Positions 1 to 13,355 of a DNA stretch of 64,000 nucleotides are shown here, one piece after another (the stretch's first letter is position 1; each line of letters begins with the position of its first letter). This DNA comes from Marsupella aquatica (taxonomy: Eukaryota > Plantae > Marchantiophyta), in NCBI GenBank assembly GCA_973895155.1, contig OZ316891.1, forward strand, positions 6,937,808-7,001,807. The letters run 5' to 3'. The position numbers and the translations under genes are program-made. Below the pieces are notes generated by a model that had not been told where the DNA came from, made no database searches, and saw only the letters and a list, made by a program, of their open reading frames with translations.

Positions 1-1501
1 AGATTGTGGCTATTGTAGTTTGAATACAATAGCCATATTGTATTCACAAAAACTAGGAAGCAATCATGTCGCCGCGCTCGATTGTGGCCAGGGCTACGAC
101 GTTTGTGGACTGCAACAATATCAACGGCCTACTATACATGACCAACCACGGTGTCCACAGGGTATGTAGTGGACCTGAACTGTGTGGTAAGGTGTTTCAG
201 AAGAACATGCTTGTATCGAATGGACCCCGGGTCCATTCATTTGGGAGAGAATCTAAATGTTGGGGTCCACTGGGAGGGTGTGTACAACTTTTTGTCCATT
301 AAGAGAAAGAGTTACATTTGGAGGTACACTAAGTATATATATCTCCTTTTGGTGAACACTACGTATATATCTCTCCTTTTGGTGAAATCAGTCCAATCAG
401 GGTATAACTGACCTTGAATATGGGGGATTCATCATGATATACTTTCCTGTGAAAAGGTTATTCCCACAAAGTCTCCCACAAAGTCTCTAGCGCGGTCGTT
501 CTGTTGAGTTTCGCGGAGCATACTCCAGACCTCGTTGAAATGAAGGGAGGGTTGCCATCTCTGTACGCAATCTCAGCTGAGTGGGCATAATGGGAATAAT
601 TATATGGTCTTGGAAGAAAGTTGACGGAAAGACAAGCCAGGCAGGGAAGGAACTCGGCAGGAGATCTTCTTAAAATTGTAGGCTTTTCAACGCGACTGAC
701 AAAGAACAAGTGACATACGGTGGCGTAGCATCGGAGCTGACGATGCTTAGAAGACGACATTATGGTCTACCGTGAAGAGTCTTTTGCGTCCTTAACAAGA
801 TGGCAGGTATTTCTTGGTGGGGCCAAAAGGATTCTATGTAAGAACCATTGAAAAGGAGGAAAAGTCGATGTGGAGCCTTAAATATTCTCTATCCCTATGT
901 AGACTTCGTCATTTGACACGAGTAATTCATTGGTGAGAACTTGCCCTGGGAAGGCACCAACCTTCCCAAAAAGTATTGCGGATGGTACTTGTGAAAACGA
1001 CAGCTGATCGAACTATTGTAGCTAGACACAGTCCTCCACTATTCTCTGATTCGTCCATTAAAGGAGTGGGAAAAATTAAAATTGAGAATATCATCAGATG
1101 GCTACCTCTATATTGCTACATAAAAGCAAATCTACTGTAGCTAGCCCGGATTTGATCGTTCGATGAGATTCAGATCGATCCGGGAGTCTGTTTCGCCAGA
1201 CAGAAGACTTGGGCATATATTCAGGATTCCTTTTCTTCCATGTCTAGCTGTGCATGCCCCAAACTTACTACAAAAGTCTTCTATTAACCATTAACATCTA
1301 TCCGAGGCGTCCTACTGATTACCGTCGATACTCAAATGTGTTACAATCAAAATTAAAAGTTGCTCAGTTCCAGCGATGCCCATTCCTCTTTAATACAGTA
1401 TCTTTGGAAGTTCATTTCTCCTTTACGCACAGTGATTGATAGCTTTTTCCGCTTCGATCTCGCCGTGAACTTGTCCACAGTCTGTATGGTTTGGATGAGA
1501 T

Positions 1502-1633
1502 GGTATCATCTGACCTTCCTCTCACCTTCGCGATTCGTTCAAAGTCCAATCTCAGCCCGATAGTCTTGTATCATCTGACCTTCCTCTCACCTTCGCCATT
1601 TGTTCAAAGTCCAATCTCAGCCAGGTAGTCTTG
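1502..1633. repeat. Tandem duplication of ~66 bp
   Basis: gtatcatctgaccttcctctcaccttcgc...gttcaaagtccaatctcagcc occurs twice back to back. Confidence 0.8.
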
Positions 1634-2935
1634 CATCACCTGCTACAACTTAGGAGGACTTTACAAGACTTCCTGGCACTTGGGAGTTTTTTTCACCAAA
1701 GCAAACTGGTGGGCCATTGCACACACTAAATATAGTGTCCTGGGGCTAAAAGCATTTTTTGAATCCTTTTATTGCCCACAAGGTCTTGTAAAACCAAGCA
1801 CAACCAATGGTGCCAGATTAATTGACTAGATTAATTGACTAAGATTGAGGACTATGTAACTTTTAATCTTTGGCTAAAGTTTACAAATGTGAGAAGAGAA
1901 TATAGGACTTGTGGGTCCCTTTTTAATACAAATAACTTAAAATAGAAATGGACCAAGTGGCCAGAAGAGATCACCAAGAAAGGTGGTCTAAAATCTAGGA
2001 CAAAAAAGTGTTCCACATAAGCAAAAATGGGGTCCCATTACATTCCATGTAAGATTGCTAACAGGCACCGTTGAAAATGCCCCCAACTTTTTGTAAAGTG
2101 AACAACAACCATTTCTCTCAAATAGATGATTCTAATCAGATCTTGGAAACAAAAAAAAGTGTAAATTGCCCCCACGTCTTGTAAAGCCAACCTTACTCTT
2201 GTGGTTTGAGATGGTTCATTCTCAAATGGATGGCTCTAATCAGATCTTGGAGACAAAAAAAATGTGTAAACTGCCCCTCTTGTAAAGCCACTCTTACTCT
2301 TGTGGTTCATTCTTGTGCATGTAGGTGCTTGGACCGAGCGAATTTCGTCTCCCTCTTGTCTCAGTGCCGGTGGTGCCGGGGCAGAGAACATGTTGGGAGG
2401 GACGTGGTGATCGTGGAAGACCAACATCATATTCGTACCGCGCACTGTAAGCTATGTATCATGTGAGCGCTGGTTTGTCAGAGGAAAGCCATCGAGGAGG
2501 GAAGATCGAGGAGTTTGGGAGTGCACGCAGATCGAGTCTTCGTCATTGGAGCCGGTGCTTTCGTTGATGTCGGGAGCACGCACAGGACGAAGACGATTGA
2601 GCCGGCAAGGGCAAAGATGGAGGGGTTGTTAAACTATGTGGATGCGAAGAACAGAGTCGGCATCCACTTACACATGATTCAAGTCGATCAGGGGCAGCCT
2701 ACGGTACTATCCTTTCTTGAATTGGACTCCAAGAGACGGCCATGCGAGCTAGAGTCGGATACGAGGACGATATCTGATCTTCATCAATGTCTTCCTTTGT
2801 CCTTGGCGGTGAGAGGTGGACCAGGAAGTCGGAGGTTCACTCTTGAAACTCTATCTTGAATAGATGAAGTCTTGCAATCATAAAACACTTTTGTTTATTG
2901 AAGTTTCCTTGTTTCCTGAATTCAGTACATACAAA

Positions 2936-3862
2936 ATGTCCACCCCCGAGTGTGTACAATGGTCTCCCTTCCAGTTATTCCAAGGTCACGAAAAGTCGCT
3001 GCTAACGATTATAGTTCAATTTGTAAGACGGCTTGTAGACTTCTCTGGAAAGCTCGTAACGGACATAGTTGGAGCCGGAAGACGAGTAATAGAGTTCCTG
3101 CGAAAGCTTCTTAAGGTAGTCTTTGAAGCCTTAAAATCCAGCCGATTTAGAGTATTTCTAGGGATCGTAGTGCACGGGCTCATGAAGTTTCTTACTGCAT
3201 GTTTTATGGCTCTGCTATTTAACGATATCAGCTTTCTATTGCAAAACGATAAAACCTCCATAGAGCAAACTCACGGCCATATACTTATGGGAACCGACAT
3301 TTCACAGGCCATTTATTCAGTACTCACGGTCATACTTATACCCTACTGGACATGGATCAGCTACAAAATAGCAGATCACGTTCCAGATCCTGCCCAGCGA
3401 GAGGTAGAAAGAAAAATAGCCCAGCGGATTCACGAGGAACTACAGTCACTATTTCAAGCAGAGGAAGCCCTTCGGAACGTGAACCCAAACTTAGATGCTA
3501 CTGGAAGGGAGGGCCTAGGATCAGGTATGGGTGCTGCATCTCCTATTATCCAGGATATGGAGTCTGGTGGCGGAACTTCAAGTCCAATGACAACGAAGAC
3601 TTTCAAAACCTTTCAATGCATCTTCACTCTCGAGGAAAAAACTAACAAAGTTTCCATAGAGTTATTGCAGAGGTTTGGACCAGACCTAATCTCAAAAGGG
3701 TCCAAAGTGTTGTACAAGAGGTTCGAAGTAAATACTCAACAGCCAGATGAACTCGCCAATTATATCTCGCAAATAGTTGCTTCCATGAGACTTGCACACT
3801 ATGTGGATGAAGAATGTTTTCTACAAGTGGGTTCTTCTGCAATCTTCAAATATACAGGTTAG
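2936..3862 (+). CDS. Uncharacterised ORF with two hydrophobic (putative TM) segments; may be an exon of a larger gene
   Basis: Over 300 open codons (ORF 2864..3862; ATG at 2936 follows an acceptor-like ttcag); ends at a donor-like ACAG|GTTAG; no family recognised. Confidence 0.45.
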   Translation: MSTPECVQWSPFQLFQGHEKSLLTIIVQFVRRLVDFSGKLVTDIVGAGRRVIEFLRKLLKVVFEALKSSRFRVFLGIVVHGLMKFLTACFMALLFNDISFLLQNDKTSIEQTHGHILMGTDISQAIYSVLTVILIPYWTWISYKIADHVPDPAQREVERKIAQRIHEELQSLFQAEEALRNVNPNLDATGREGLGSGMGAASPIIQDMESGGGTSSPMTTKTFKTFQCIFTLEEKTNKVSIELLQRFGPDLISKGSKVLYKRFEVNTQQPDELANYISQIVASMRLAHYVDEECFLQVGSSAIFKYTG

Positions 3863-4866
3863 CAAAACTCCTTCCAATGGTCCAGATTAGAAGGCATAAA
3901 CATCTTAGAATCAAGTTTTTAATTATAACTTCATCATACTTCAACTTATTTCATTTGTTTACTTACCTCATGTTTTGCTGAGACCTATTACTAGCTACCG
4001 TAGATGTAGTTGAAGCAACATCCTAGAATGTAATAATGTTTCGCTGTCATCAGCTGCAGGCCCCAAAATGTGGTTTCTCCAAGAAGACTGGACACCTGCA
4101 ATTATTGATATATGCCGGCAGTGGAGGTTGTTTGATTATCTTCTTGGTAAGATATACATTGATTTTAGAATTGTAAGTGCAAGAGATGTTTTCATCTATT
4201 TTGTTAACTTTCCACAATATGAGGCTTCTTATTAAATAACACAAATGACATTCTAACTTTCCTAATTAAACATATAGGTCATCCTGCAAAATGGATTATA
4301 AGAGGTTTCAATCTCCAAGGAGCTACAATAAGAGTAGCAAGTAAGGAGACAAGGGAGGATCTGGTCTTCATTGAGAAGGTGAGTACTCTAATAAATTCTG
4401 TCCTGACCATAATATTGTTTTTGCAAGCAAGAATTTTGTAGTCACTTTTAGTGTTCTTGATTTTGGCAATTATTTGGTGATGTGGAAGGACGAGTTGTTT
4501 GTGTGCAGCGTGAGAACAGGGTAGATATTATCATCTGTGAAGAACCTCCCATAATTCAAAATCTAGCCTCCACATTTCAAGAGAAACTATTTATTTCTGC
4601 CTTCAAGATTAAGGAAGTAGAAGAGGGCGTGAGTTTGAAATTGCAAAGTGAAGCCAAAGATGTGCAAAGAGCATATTTGATATCAGGTATGAATTTATTC
4701 TCTAGTCAGAGCAAACTTGCAAAACCATGTCTGTGATTTACAAACATTTTTGCACTATTAAACAAATGCGCAAAAGCTCTGGTTTATCTAGCGGGTAGTA
4801 CTTGATCGGTGATAAATAGAACATTTTAACTAAGTGACGCACTTGATGAAAAATGTTTGTTTACAG

Positions 4867-7800
4867 TTGTACGTGCCCTGACACCTGGTCGATGGATTAC
4901 AATGATCAGCATAGCTTTATCATTCGTCAGTCATCTACATTCTAATAGCAGATTTGGAAGAAAACTCTTGTTTTCCAAATTGCTAGCAGTTATCGACAGC
5001 AACGTCCATGTCAACATACTCAGGTTCCCTACAGATCCCTCCGATTGGATGTGGATGGACTTCATAAACAGTTTCCTTGGACTGAACGGGAAAATGGGTG
5101 CATCATTCATGTCTATCCAGCACACATTGGAGACACACAAGATTTGGACACATCTGTGGACTGGACTTGAGATTTACATTAACGTTTACCTGGTCTATTT
5201 GATTTTGATAGCTTTCATTATGTCATGGAAGCTACTATTACCAGCACCTCGGCCCCCTCAAGGTATGTTGCACATGCAATTATGTTGTTATGCCATGTTT
5301 CTCATTCATTGTATTTGAAGTCTGTGTATAATAAACATGCTTTAAAATGGCTCTAACTTGTATGATCTAAACACTGGCATTTCTATATTCTAATCATCAT
5401 TGTCATAGTTGTCACTTTCTTGTTGTTCTAATTAATATTTGTTCCTCATTTTTAACAGATTGTACTCTTGAAGGCTTAATATTATTTGCTGTCGGTATCC
5501 TCAATTCTTAATATGCTAGGTTTCTGATATGAACCAAGAATCTCAGCAATTCACGACGTACATACCGAGATGGGGGATTAGCTAACTTGCTCCATGATTC
5601 TAGATAGGAAGAATTAATCCCTTCAAATCTTATAATTAGATAGTCTGGTTTCTGGTTTCTGATTGTTTGAAACCAGACTGGCTTATTTATATATGTCCTC
5701 TGGCGTATTTGTTTCCTCTAGTGTTCTCTGATAGTGCAGGATTGGCTAATGCACAATACTTCATTATTTGCAGGTCGTCAATTATTGGTGAGCGGCTTCG
5801 ATAGCCCTCCGCCAACAAATAGTCGCCCCACGATTTCCGACTTGTTCAGAGGTCAGATCACGAAATCTGCAAAAAGTGGACCTCCGAGCACTGAGCAAGA
5901 AGCAGACCTCGTACCTGAGCCTCGAGAGCTGTCTCCAGCTACCGTGATCACACCTCCAATCCTATCCAAAGTTGCTGACAAAGGAGACATCGAGTACCCT
6001 GAACATGTGGAACTCACAAAAGATCTCAAGGAGGCGGCTCTAGGCAGCACAATCGAACCTTGGTTGGAGAGCTCCGGAGCAAGCACAATACCAGTATCTG
6101 AGGAAAGTGAGGGAATAGATGAGAAAGATATCTCCCATTCTCAACAAGCTTTCCTTGGACACGACCCTCAGGAGCAGTTGCTAGCGGGCACAATCCCACT
6201 TCTCAGTGAATTGAAGGTTAGTGAGAAAGGAACTGCAATCCATGCTGCAACAGTGACGAAGTAAACTACAACGCAGCTTCAATACGGAGCTTGTTTGCTT
6301 GTTCGTGAACATTGCATGCATCGATGTACTGCAGAACCTGACTCCCTTTGTTAGTTGAATTGTAAACGATCTTTCGTACTTTGAATGAGCACATACTTAG
6401 GCCTTACTCATGTACGTACTGTAGTTATGTGAATGCACGATGTGTGCAAGCGACTAACTCGACGTTATCTCAATCCTTTGTAGATTCAATCCAAGGATTT
6501 AAGAGGCCGAACTCATTCACCCCGTCGCCAGTATGAATTTGACCTCCGGCGTATGGGGGACGTGCCAGAGGCATCCACCGTGGTGGATGACGGGGAGTCC
6601 AAGGGGGAGTCATCCATAGAGCCTTGAGGTCAGACCACGAAATCTGCAAGTGGACCTCGAAGTGAGCAAGAAGCAGACCTCGTACCTGAGCCTCGAGAGC
6701 TGTCTCCAGCTACCGTGATCACACCTCCAATCCTATCCAAAGTTGCTGACAAAGGAGACATCGAGTACCCTGAACATGTGGAACTCACAAAAGATCTCAA
6801 GGAGGTGGCTCTAGGCAGCACAATCGAACCTTGGTTGGAGAGCTCCGGAGCAAGCACAATACCAGTATCTGAGGAAAGTGAGGGAATAGATGAGAAAGAT
6901 ATCTCCCATTCTCAACAAGCTTTCCTTGGACACGACCCTCAGGAGCAGTTGCTAGCGGGCACAATCCCACTTCTCAGTGAATTGAAGGTTAGTGAGAAAG
7001 GAACTGCAATCCATGCTGCAACAGTGACAAAGTAAACTACAACGCAGCTTCAATACGGAGCTTGTTTGCTTGTTCGCGAACATTGCATGCATCGATGTAC
7101 TGCAGAACCTGACTCCCTTTGTTAGTTGAATTGTAAACGATCTTTCGTACTTTGAATGGGAACATACTTAGGCCTTACTCATGTACGTACTGTAGTTATG
7201 TGAATGCACAATGTGTGCAAGCGACTAACTCGACGTCATCTCAATCCTTTGCAGATTCAATCCAAGGATTTAAGAGGCCGAACTCATTCACCCCGTCGCC
7301 AGTATGAATTTGACCTCCGGCGTATGGGGGACGTGCCAGAGGCATCCACCGTGGTGGATGACGGGGAGTCCGAGGGGGAGTCATCCATAGAGCCTCGAGG
7401 TCAGACCACAAAATCTGCAAGTGGACCTCGGAGTGAGCAAGAAGCAGACCTCGTACCTGAGCCTCGAGAGCTGTCTCCAGCTACCGTGATCACACCTCCA
7501 ATCCTATCCAAAGTTGCTGACAAAGGAGACATCGAGTACCCTGAACATGTGGAACTCACAAAAGATCTCAAGGAGGCGGCTCTAGGCAGCACAATCGAAC
7601 CTTGGTTGGAGAGCTCCGGAGCAAGCACAATACCAGTATCTGAGGAAAGTGAGGGAATAGATGAGAAAGATATCTCCCATTCTCAACAAGCTTTCCTTGG
7701 ACACGACCCTCAGGAGCAGTTGCTAGCGGGCACAATCCCACTTCTCAGTGAATTGAAGGTTAGTGAGAAAGGAACTGCAATCCATGCTGCAACAGTGACG

Positions 7801-8474
7801 AAGTAAACTACAACGCAGCTTCAATACGGAGCTTGTTTGCTTGTTCGCGAACATTGCATGCATCGATGTACTACAGAACCTGACTCCCTTTGTTAGTTGA
7901 ATTGTAAACGATCTTTCGTACTTTGAATGGGAACATACTTAGGCCTTACTCATGTACGTACTGTAGTTATGTGAATGCACGATGTGTGCAAGCAACTAAC
8001 TCGACGTCATCTCAATCCTTTGCAGATTCAATCCAAGGATTTAAGAGGCCGAACTCATTCACCCCGTCGCCAGTATGAATTTGACCTCGGCCGTACGGGG
8101 GACGTGCCAGAGGCATCCACCGTGGTGGATGACGGAGAGTCCGAGGGGGAGTCATCCACAGAGCCTCACGAGAAGAGAGTTGTTTTTTTCGGCAGACACG
8201 GGTCTGGAATATCCACCATAGCCAACGTACTTGTGACAGGAGGGACTGAGTCGCCAGGTCTAGATCTCTTCAAACCCTTCACTACCATGGCCAACCCATT
8301 CGTGAGAGGATGGAATGAGGCACCAGGTCGCTTCAAATCCAGCACTGAAAAGTTCCAAATAGAATCGGGAAGGGGTTGGACTGTTTTAAACACGGTTGGA
8401 CTGGGGTCAGAGCTGATCGCGAGTCAAATAACACCAGTGGAAGAGTTATTAACTTATCTGAAGGACGCAACCGA
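4867..8474 (+). pseudogene. 5' part of a disrupted multi-exon gene: TM exon, repeated acidic/Pro-rich exons, then the N-terminal half of an AIG1-like P-loop GTPase domain
   Basis: Exon 4867-5262 (tttacag| ... CAAG|GTATG) splices in phase to 5774 (ttgcag|GT CGT CAA). The last exon from 8026 reads KRVVFFGRHGSGISTIANVLV...GRGWTVLNTVGLG (G1/G3-like). It is cut at 8474 by an insertion, and there is an in-frame TGA at 6625-6627. Confidence 0.7.
5849..8167 (+). repeat. Three near-identical tandem units (777, 771, 771 bp), each containing exon sequence plus one intron
   Basis: Unit starts gaggtcag at 5849, 6626 and 7397. Near-identical peptide (EQEADLVPEPRELSPATV...LLSELK), donor AAG|GTTAGT and acceptor ctttgYag|ATTC in each unit. 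Confidence 0.95.
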
Positions 8475-8766
8475 AAGCTCGGATGGACACACACGTTTGC
8501 TTGAACGACCCCGATGGACACAGACAAATTACAATGTCACGACGACCTTCATTGACAGCACAATATGCATTTCCGGTCTCTCATTAACGGAACTTAAGTG
8601 GGCTAGGTCTGTCATTAACGGAAGGTTAGTTGGCTGCGTAGTTTTTCCATCCTTCCTTCCTTGACCTGGCTGTCGATACTTCCTGAGGTTGCCCACGTTC
8701 TGGGATGAGAAGCAATAAGGCAGGTTCGCACCTTGGCATGGCAGGGGAAGCAGATTGGCATGGCAT

Positions 8767-8858
8767 GGCTCTCGATTGAATGGATCGATCTCACGTTGGC
8801 ATAGCAGGACTCTCGATTGAATGTGACTCTTGATTGAATGTGAGTCTCGAATGAATGT
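8767..8858. repeat. Short repeated motif ctctcgattgaatg near the left end of the outer element
   Basis: ctctcgattgaatg twice, plus variants ctcttgattgaatg and tctcgaatgaatg. Confidence 0.6.
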
Positions 8859-9148
8859 GAGTTGGCTGCGCTGCAAAATGGGGGACAGGGCCTAGCTGCG
8901 CTGCACTGCAAAAACGGACAATGGTATGACCGACATGGTATCACTGCACCCAAACTGTCTTTTTCTCAATGGTATGAGCAGACACAACAAAGTAGGGAAC
9001 TATAGGACAGTTTGTATGATGTGATTTGGTCATACACAACATTAAACAGGGAATCATTTAAATCAATAAGGTATGGACTATGTACTGGTTAATAAACCAG
9101 AGTTGTGACCTTGGTTGTGGCCCCGGTTGTGGCCAAACATCAAAAAAA

Positions 9149-9190
9149 TTACATATCTTTAACCATGCTATATTGAGAACGCAATTCATC
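9149..9190 (-). pseudogene. Severed 3' end of the RPA-like ORF (DELRSQYSMVKDM*)
   Basis: Removing the CACTA and one CAA copy joins ...RRSKEYL in frame to GAT GAA TTG CGT TCT CAA TAT AGC ATG GTT AAA GAT ATG TAA. Confidence 0.8.
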
Positions 9191-9224
9191 CAACACTAGT
9201 AGAAACCGGGGGGTATTTAGACCC

Positions 9225-9540
9225 CATTAAACGACTATTCAGTACCGTATAGGACTTGGAAACGACTGGGAAGGACTCTAGTCCTTTATAGGACTGCGAG
9301 TCGTATGTTTTGTTACTATAATCAACTGAGTCCTTTATAGAACTGGTTTATAAGTCGTTTAATAGACTGGATTTTCAGTCTATTTTAGTCTTTGTGTGGG
9401 TAGCTTTGGTGGGTCGTTTTCAGTCTTTTATGGGCTGCGATGATGAGTCGTTGGGAATGACTAAAAAGGTTATGGAGGGTAGTCTTTAAATATACTTTGT
9501 GGGGTATGTATAAGTCTTTCATGTCAACTGGATATGAGTG
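9225..9540. repeat. CACTA subterminal repeats (GACT/AGTC cores in both orientations), likely TnpA-binding sites
   Basis: Dense acgact/aggact/agtcct/agtcgt/agtctt motifs; the same cores recur at 26128-26245 next to the other TIR. Confidence 0.7.
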
Positions 9541-10014
9541 ATGAAGGCCCCACTATACTACTTGGAATGAACCCACTCTTGTGCACAAATAATATATTGC
9601 ATTCATGTTTTATTGTGTACTTGGAATGAACTCACTCTATAAGTTCACCATTCATCATGTTAACATTAGAATACATAGTTTCAGAAAGCCATCTTCTATA
9701 CCATGTACACTAATATGAATTCACAGATTCAAACAGACTACAAAGAAGGTCACAAAGTATTCCTCTATACCATACACACTAATACTGAAATGATAAAATA
9801 GATTCAAGTATCATAGACAATCACCATAGAGCCATAGTTTGACATCAATCACTTGTTTCATACATACAGAATTCAAAAATATCAATGTCACACACAACGT
9901 CTCCTTCATCCTCTTTACCAAATGGAAAAATTGGTACAGATATTTCTTGGATCTTTCCAAGGCAATGTCAAAATGTGACACAATTCACATGATGCTATCT
10001 ACACTTGCATTCAG

Positions 10015-13000
10015 TCACTGCAGACTAACACACTCTGATGGCCAGAGCACAAGAGATCCTACTGCATCTGCAATTATTTCCTGAGGTGGATCACCGTCTC
10101 TATTCGGAAATGGCAAATTACAATCAGATACAATCACTGTAGTCAACAACACTACTACATGGTCATCCGGGACCACTTTGCCATGGAATTTTGCATGATC
10201 CGGTCGCAAAATGCCTGTACCCACACATACCTGCGAGTCATCCTCCCATGATAGAAGATTATGGACTGGCTCTGCTGTGGCTATCACCTCCACCTTACCC
10301 TGGCTGTTTTTCTTGGCTTTCCTGGGTGGCTTATACATGACATTATTCATACCTTGGTTGCGAGTCATGACTTTGGCACGAGTGTTTTGTGCTGGTGATC
10401 GAGAATTGGCTACACTCTTCTTCAAAGAATCTGCATCCATATTTGACACTTCTGATTGTGTAGCAGGATTTCCCTGCGACATCATCTCAGTATCTGCCAA
10501 CATTGTACTTGCTTCAATTGAAGCATCTACAATCTTACTTGCATCCAATGTTGCTCCCAAGTTTCGACGTCGCTTCACCCTACTCCCACTTGGTTGAGAG
10601 TCTGTCAACTCTGCATCAACTACAATTCAGTGTCATGTCCAACATAAGTCAATCACTCATCACATGTGCTAAATGTACATGTCACCAACCACAAAGTTGT
10701 CACTATCTCCTTACCATTATGAACAACCTTCTTCCCCTTCTTTACCATTGCCATATGCTCCATGTCTGCTTCTGTTGATCAATAAACACACCACAATATT
10801 CAGGTTGAATCTATTAACCACTGAATTGTTGCTCAACATTCATATAGAGGAATTTAAAGCATCAGCTTACCTGATACCTCCTTGGCTATGGTCACTGAGG
10901 CACTAGGCACATCTTCTTCATTATTGTTCTTTGAATCACCTGATACATCAATCATGATGTCACTTCAGATCCCAGTTCATCCAACCAGTTCTTACAGAAA
11001 AGATTACCTCCAACCGGCTTAAGCTTCACAAAACTCCATGCACTTTTCAAATGTAATGTACTGGATCATAGCAGGTTACCTGTCTCAGCAACCTTCTTGC
11101 CCTTCTGCTTACTGATTACAGGGTCCTTCTCTGCCTCCACTCTTCCTGCATTCAAACCATTCACTCAATTCATGAAAACTTACTTCTGACATTTGAACAT
11201 AGGACACAATGAACAATGGGCCGGTGTCATTTCCATACCTGTGTCAGATTTGCCAATTCCCTTTTTTGTTAACAAGGGCACACTTTGTACAATGTTGCCC
11301 TCATTGTTTGGTTGGGAACCACCCAATTTTTCAATCACAAGCTTGAAATTAGATTCCACTGATGCAAGAAGGTTCGCTACAGATGCCTCCACAATATCCA
11401 AACGATCAGCCAATTTACTTTCCACTCGAGGGAGTCCACACTCTAATGACTTCAACCGTTCACACATCTCTGTGAGAGTTGTAACAGTTCCCTGTCATAA
11501 CACAGCTTACATATCTCAGATAACTGTCCCCAAGAACTGGTTGCTTACTTCCTACTACATTTCTTTCTGATGCTCAAGGCCAAATAGTCACAGAACATAC
11601 AGAATTACAACCTGTTTGGAAGTTACACTTGTCACCTCACTCCTTTGTTTCATGAACTCCTCTCTCACTTCTTGTGCTGATGGTTCTTCACCTGTCAATT
11701 TCTTCTGCAGTCCACATCAACATACATATGAATGAAACCAAGTGTTGATTGTCAATGAAAATGTAATAATGGTAGCAAGATCATAAGTTTGAGGCTTACT
11801 ATCAGGCATGTCACTGCCTTACCAATTGTTCTTTCACTGGAGCATAACTTCCTCTCCCAGCCTGTGAAAGGTGTTTCACTTTGCCTCGAGCATTTGACAT
11901 CAGTTCACTCTTGCTCTGTCCAGCCTCCGACATGAACGCTTTGATTAACCGTGTCCATTGATCCAGTTCCAATGATGGGGGTGGTGGCATTCTCCTGTTA
12001 GAACCATTGTCTATCCACATCCTTTTCAACCTATGCCTCTCTTGTTTCAAAATCCTCATTGCATAATCTGATATGCAATCTTCAACTGGGCCCTTACCAT
12101 CATTACCAACATACTCCCACCGTTCAAGAATGTCCTTGCAGATAGCAGCCCAATCAGCTTTGTTCTGACTCCTAAACTCTGTAATGCTCAAATCTAACCA
12201 ACGCAATACTTCTCCTCTTAGGTCAGAATGCCAACGGTTCTTACCATCACATGTGGGAGTTATCCAACCTTTGGAATTCACTTCTACTTTACCAAATTTG
12301 TTACTGTCTCCTGCCTTGGTACTCCCTGAAGCGCTACTAGGTGTCCCTCCACGGCCTGGTGTCCCCCCACGGCCTGGGGTCCCTCCACGGCCTGATCTCC
12401 CCCCACGGCCTGGATTGCATTGTCCAAACCTCCCTGGAGTCCCTGCACATTTACAGGATCCATTTACAGTCACTTACATTAGGTAAGTATGAATCATAAA
12501 TCCCGCTGCCAAATATACAGTGGACTTCAGAGCAATTCTGCAATGACCAAGTTACCTCTCCCTTGGCGCATAGATGGTTCTGGACCACCTGTCCTATTGC
12601 TTTGTCTTGATGAATTAGGGGCGTTTCTCCTGCCTGTGAATGATTGCCTCCTATCTGAACGTGGATGGCCTTTGTTGTTTTCGTGATTGTCCCAATCAGA
12701 GTCTGCATACCAACAGGTACATGCCACACTCATGGACCTGTAAGATAAACTCTTTGCCCTAGCTACACATCAGATAAGTGCATATTGAGCTAAATCTCTA
12801 CTACCATCACAAAATCACTAGCAGAAGGCACTTACTTGTCCAATCATCCTCCTCACCTTTCCATTGCCCTCTGTACCCGTCTCTACCACGCTCTGGGTGT
12901 TCATATTCATCCCATCCATCTTCTGCTCCATCATAGTCATCATCATAATTATCAGGCGTCCCTTGCCAATAACTCTGGCTCCTTCTAGGGTATGGATTAT

Positions 13001-13178
13001 GTGATTTCTCTCTAGCTGCCCACCTACCTGGGACTTGATGAGGGCCCTGTGCATCTTGCACAGGTGCATTTTTCTATGAGCCCCCTGCATCTGGGTCTCC
13101 ATCCATATCCAATCTTTCCTCTTCACCCCACTCTCCAAGCCCCATGTCTGTCTCCATGTCATCACCCTCTTCCCCCAT
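10015..13178 (-). pseudogene. TnpA-like (Ptta/Tnp1 En/Spm) multi-exon gene with a probable nonsense mutation
   Basis: Exon ~11818-12460 (ERHRLKR...PPSLELDQWTRLIKAFMSEAGQSKSELMSNARGK..GRGSY) is Transposase_24-like; last exon 10015-10610 (FHGKVVPDDHVVV...IADAVGSLVLWP) is Tnp1 C-terminal-like; in-frame TAG at 13074-13076 in the first acidic exon; internal exon borders approximate. Confidence 0.75.
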
Positions 13179-13355
13179 AGCTTCTGCACAGCACCCACAA
13201 CCAAACAGGGAGAATCAGCACACTAAATTCAAAGTATCAATCAATTTCATGCATATCCAACTATCCTAAACATCATTCCAGGCAGCAATTCCCGTTCTGT
13301 GACTCTGTGCAGGTAGTCATCCTCAACCTCATACTTGCCAATCGCCAACTGTTGC

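Noticed and set aside
5849-8167. Repeats as LTRs or a CRISPR-like array
   Set aside because: Units abut directly with no spacers, no TG..CA ends, no PBS/PPT or gag-pol, and each contains exon/intron structure
8475-8664. C-terminal part of ORF 7975..8664
   Set aside because: Read-through into the inserted element's TIR region
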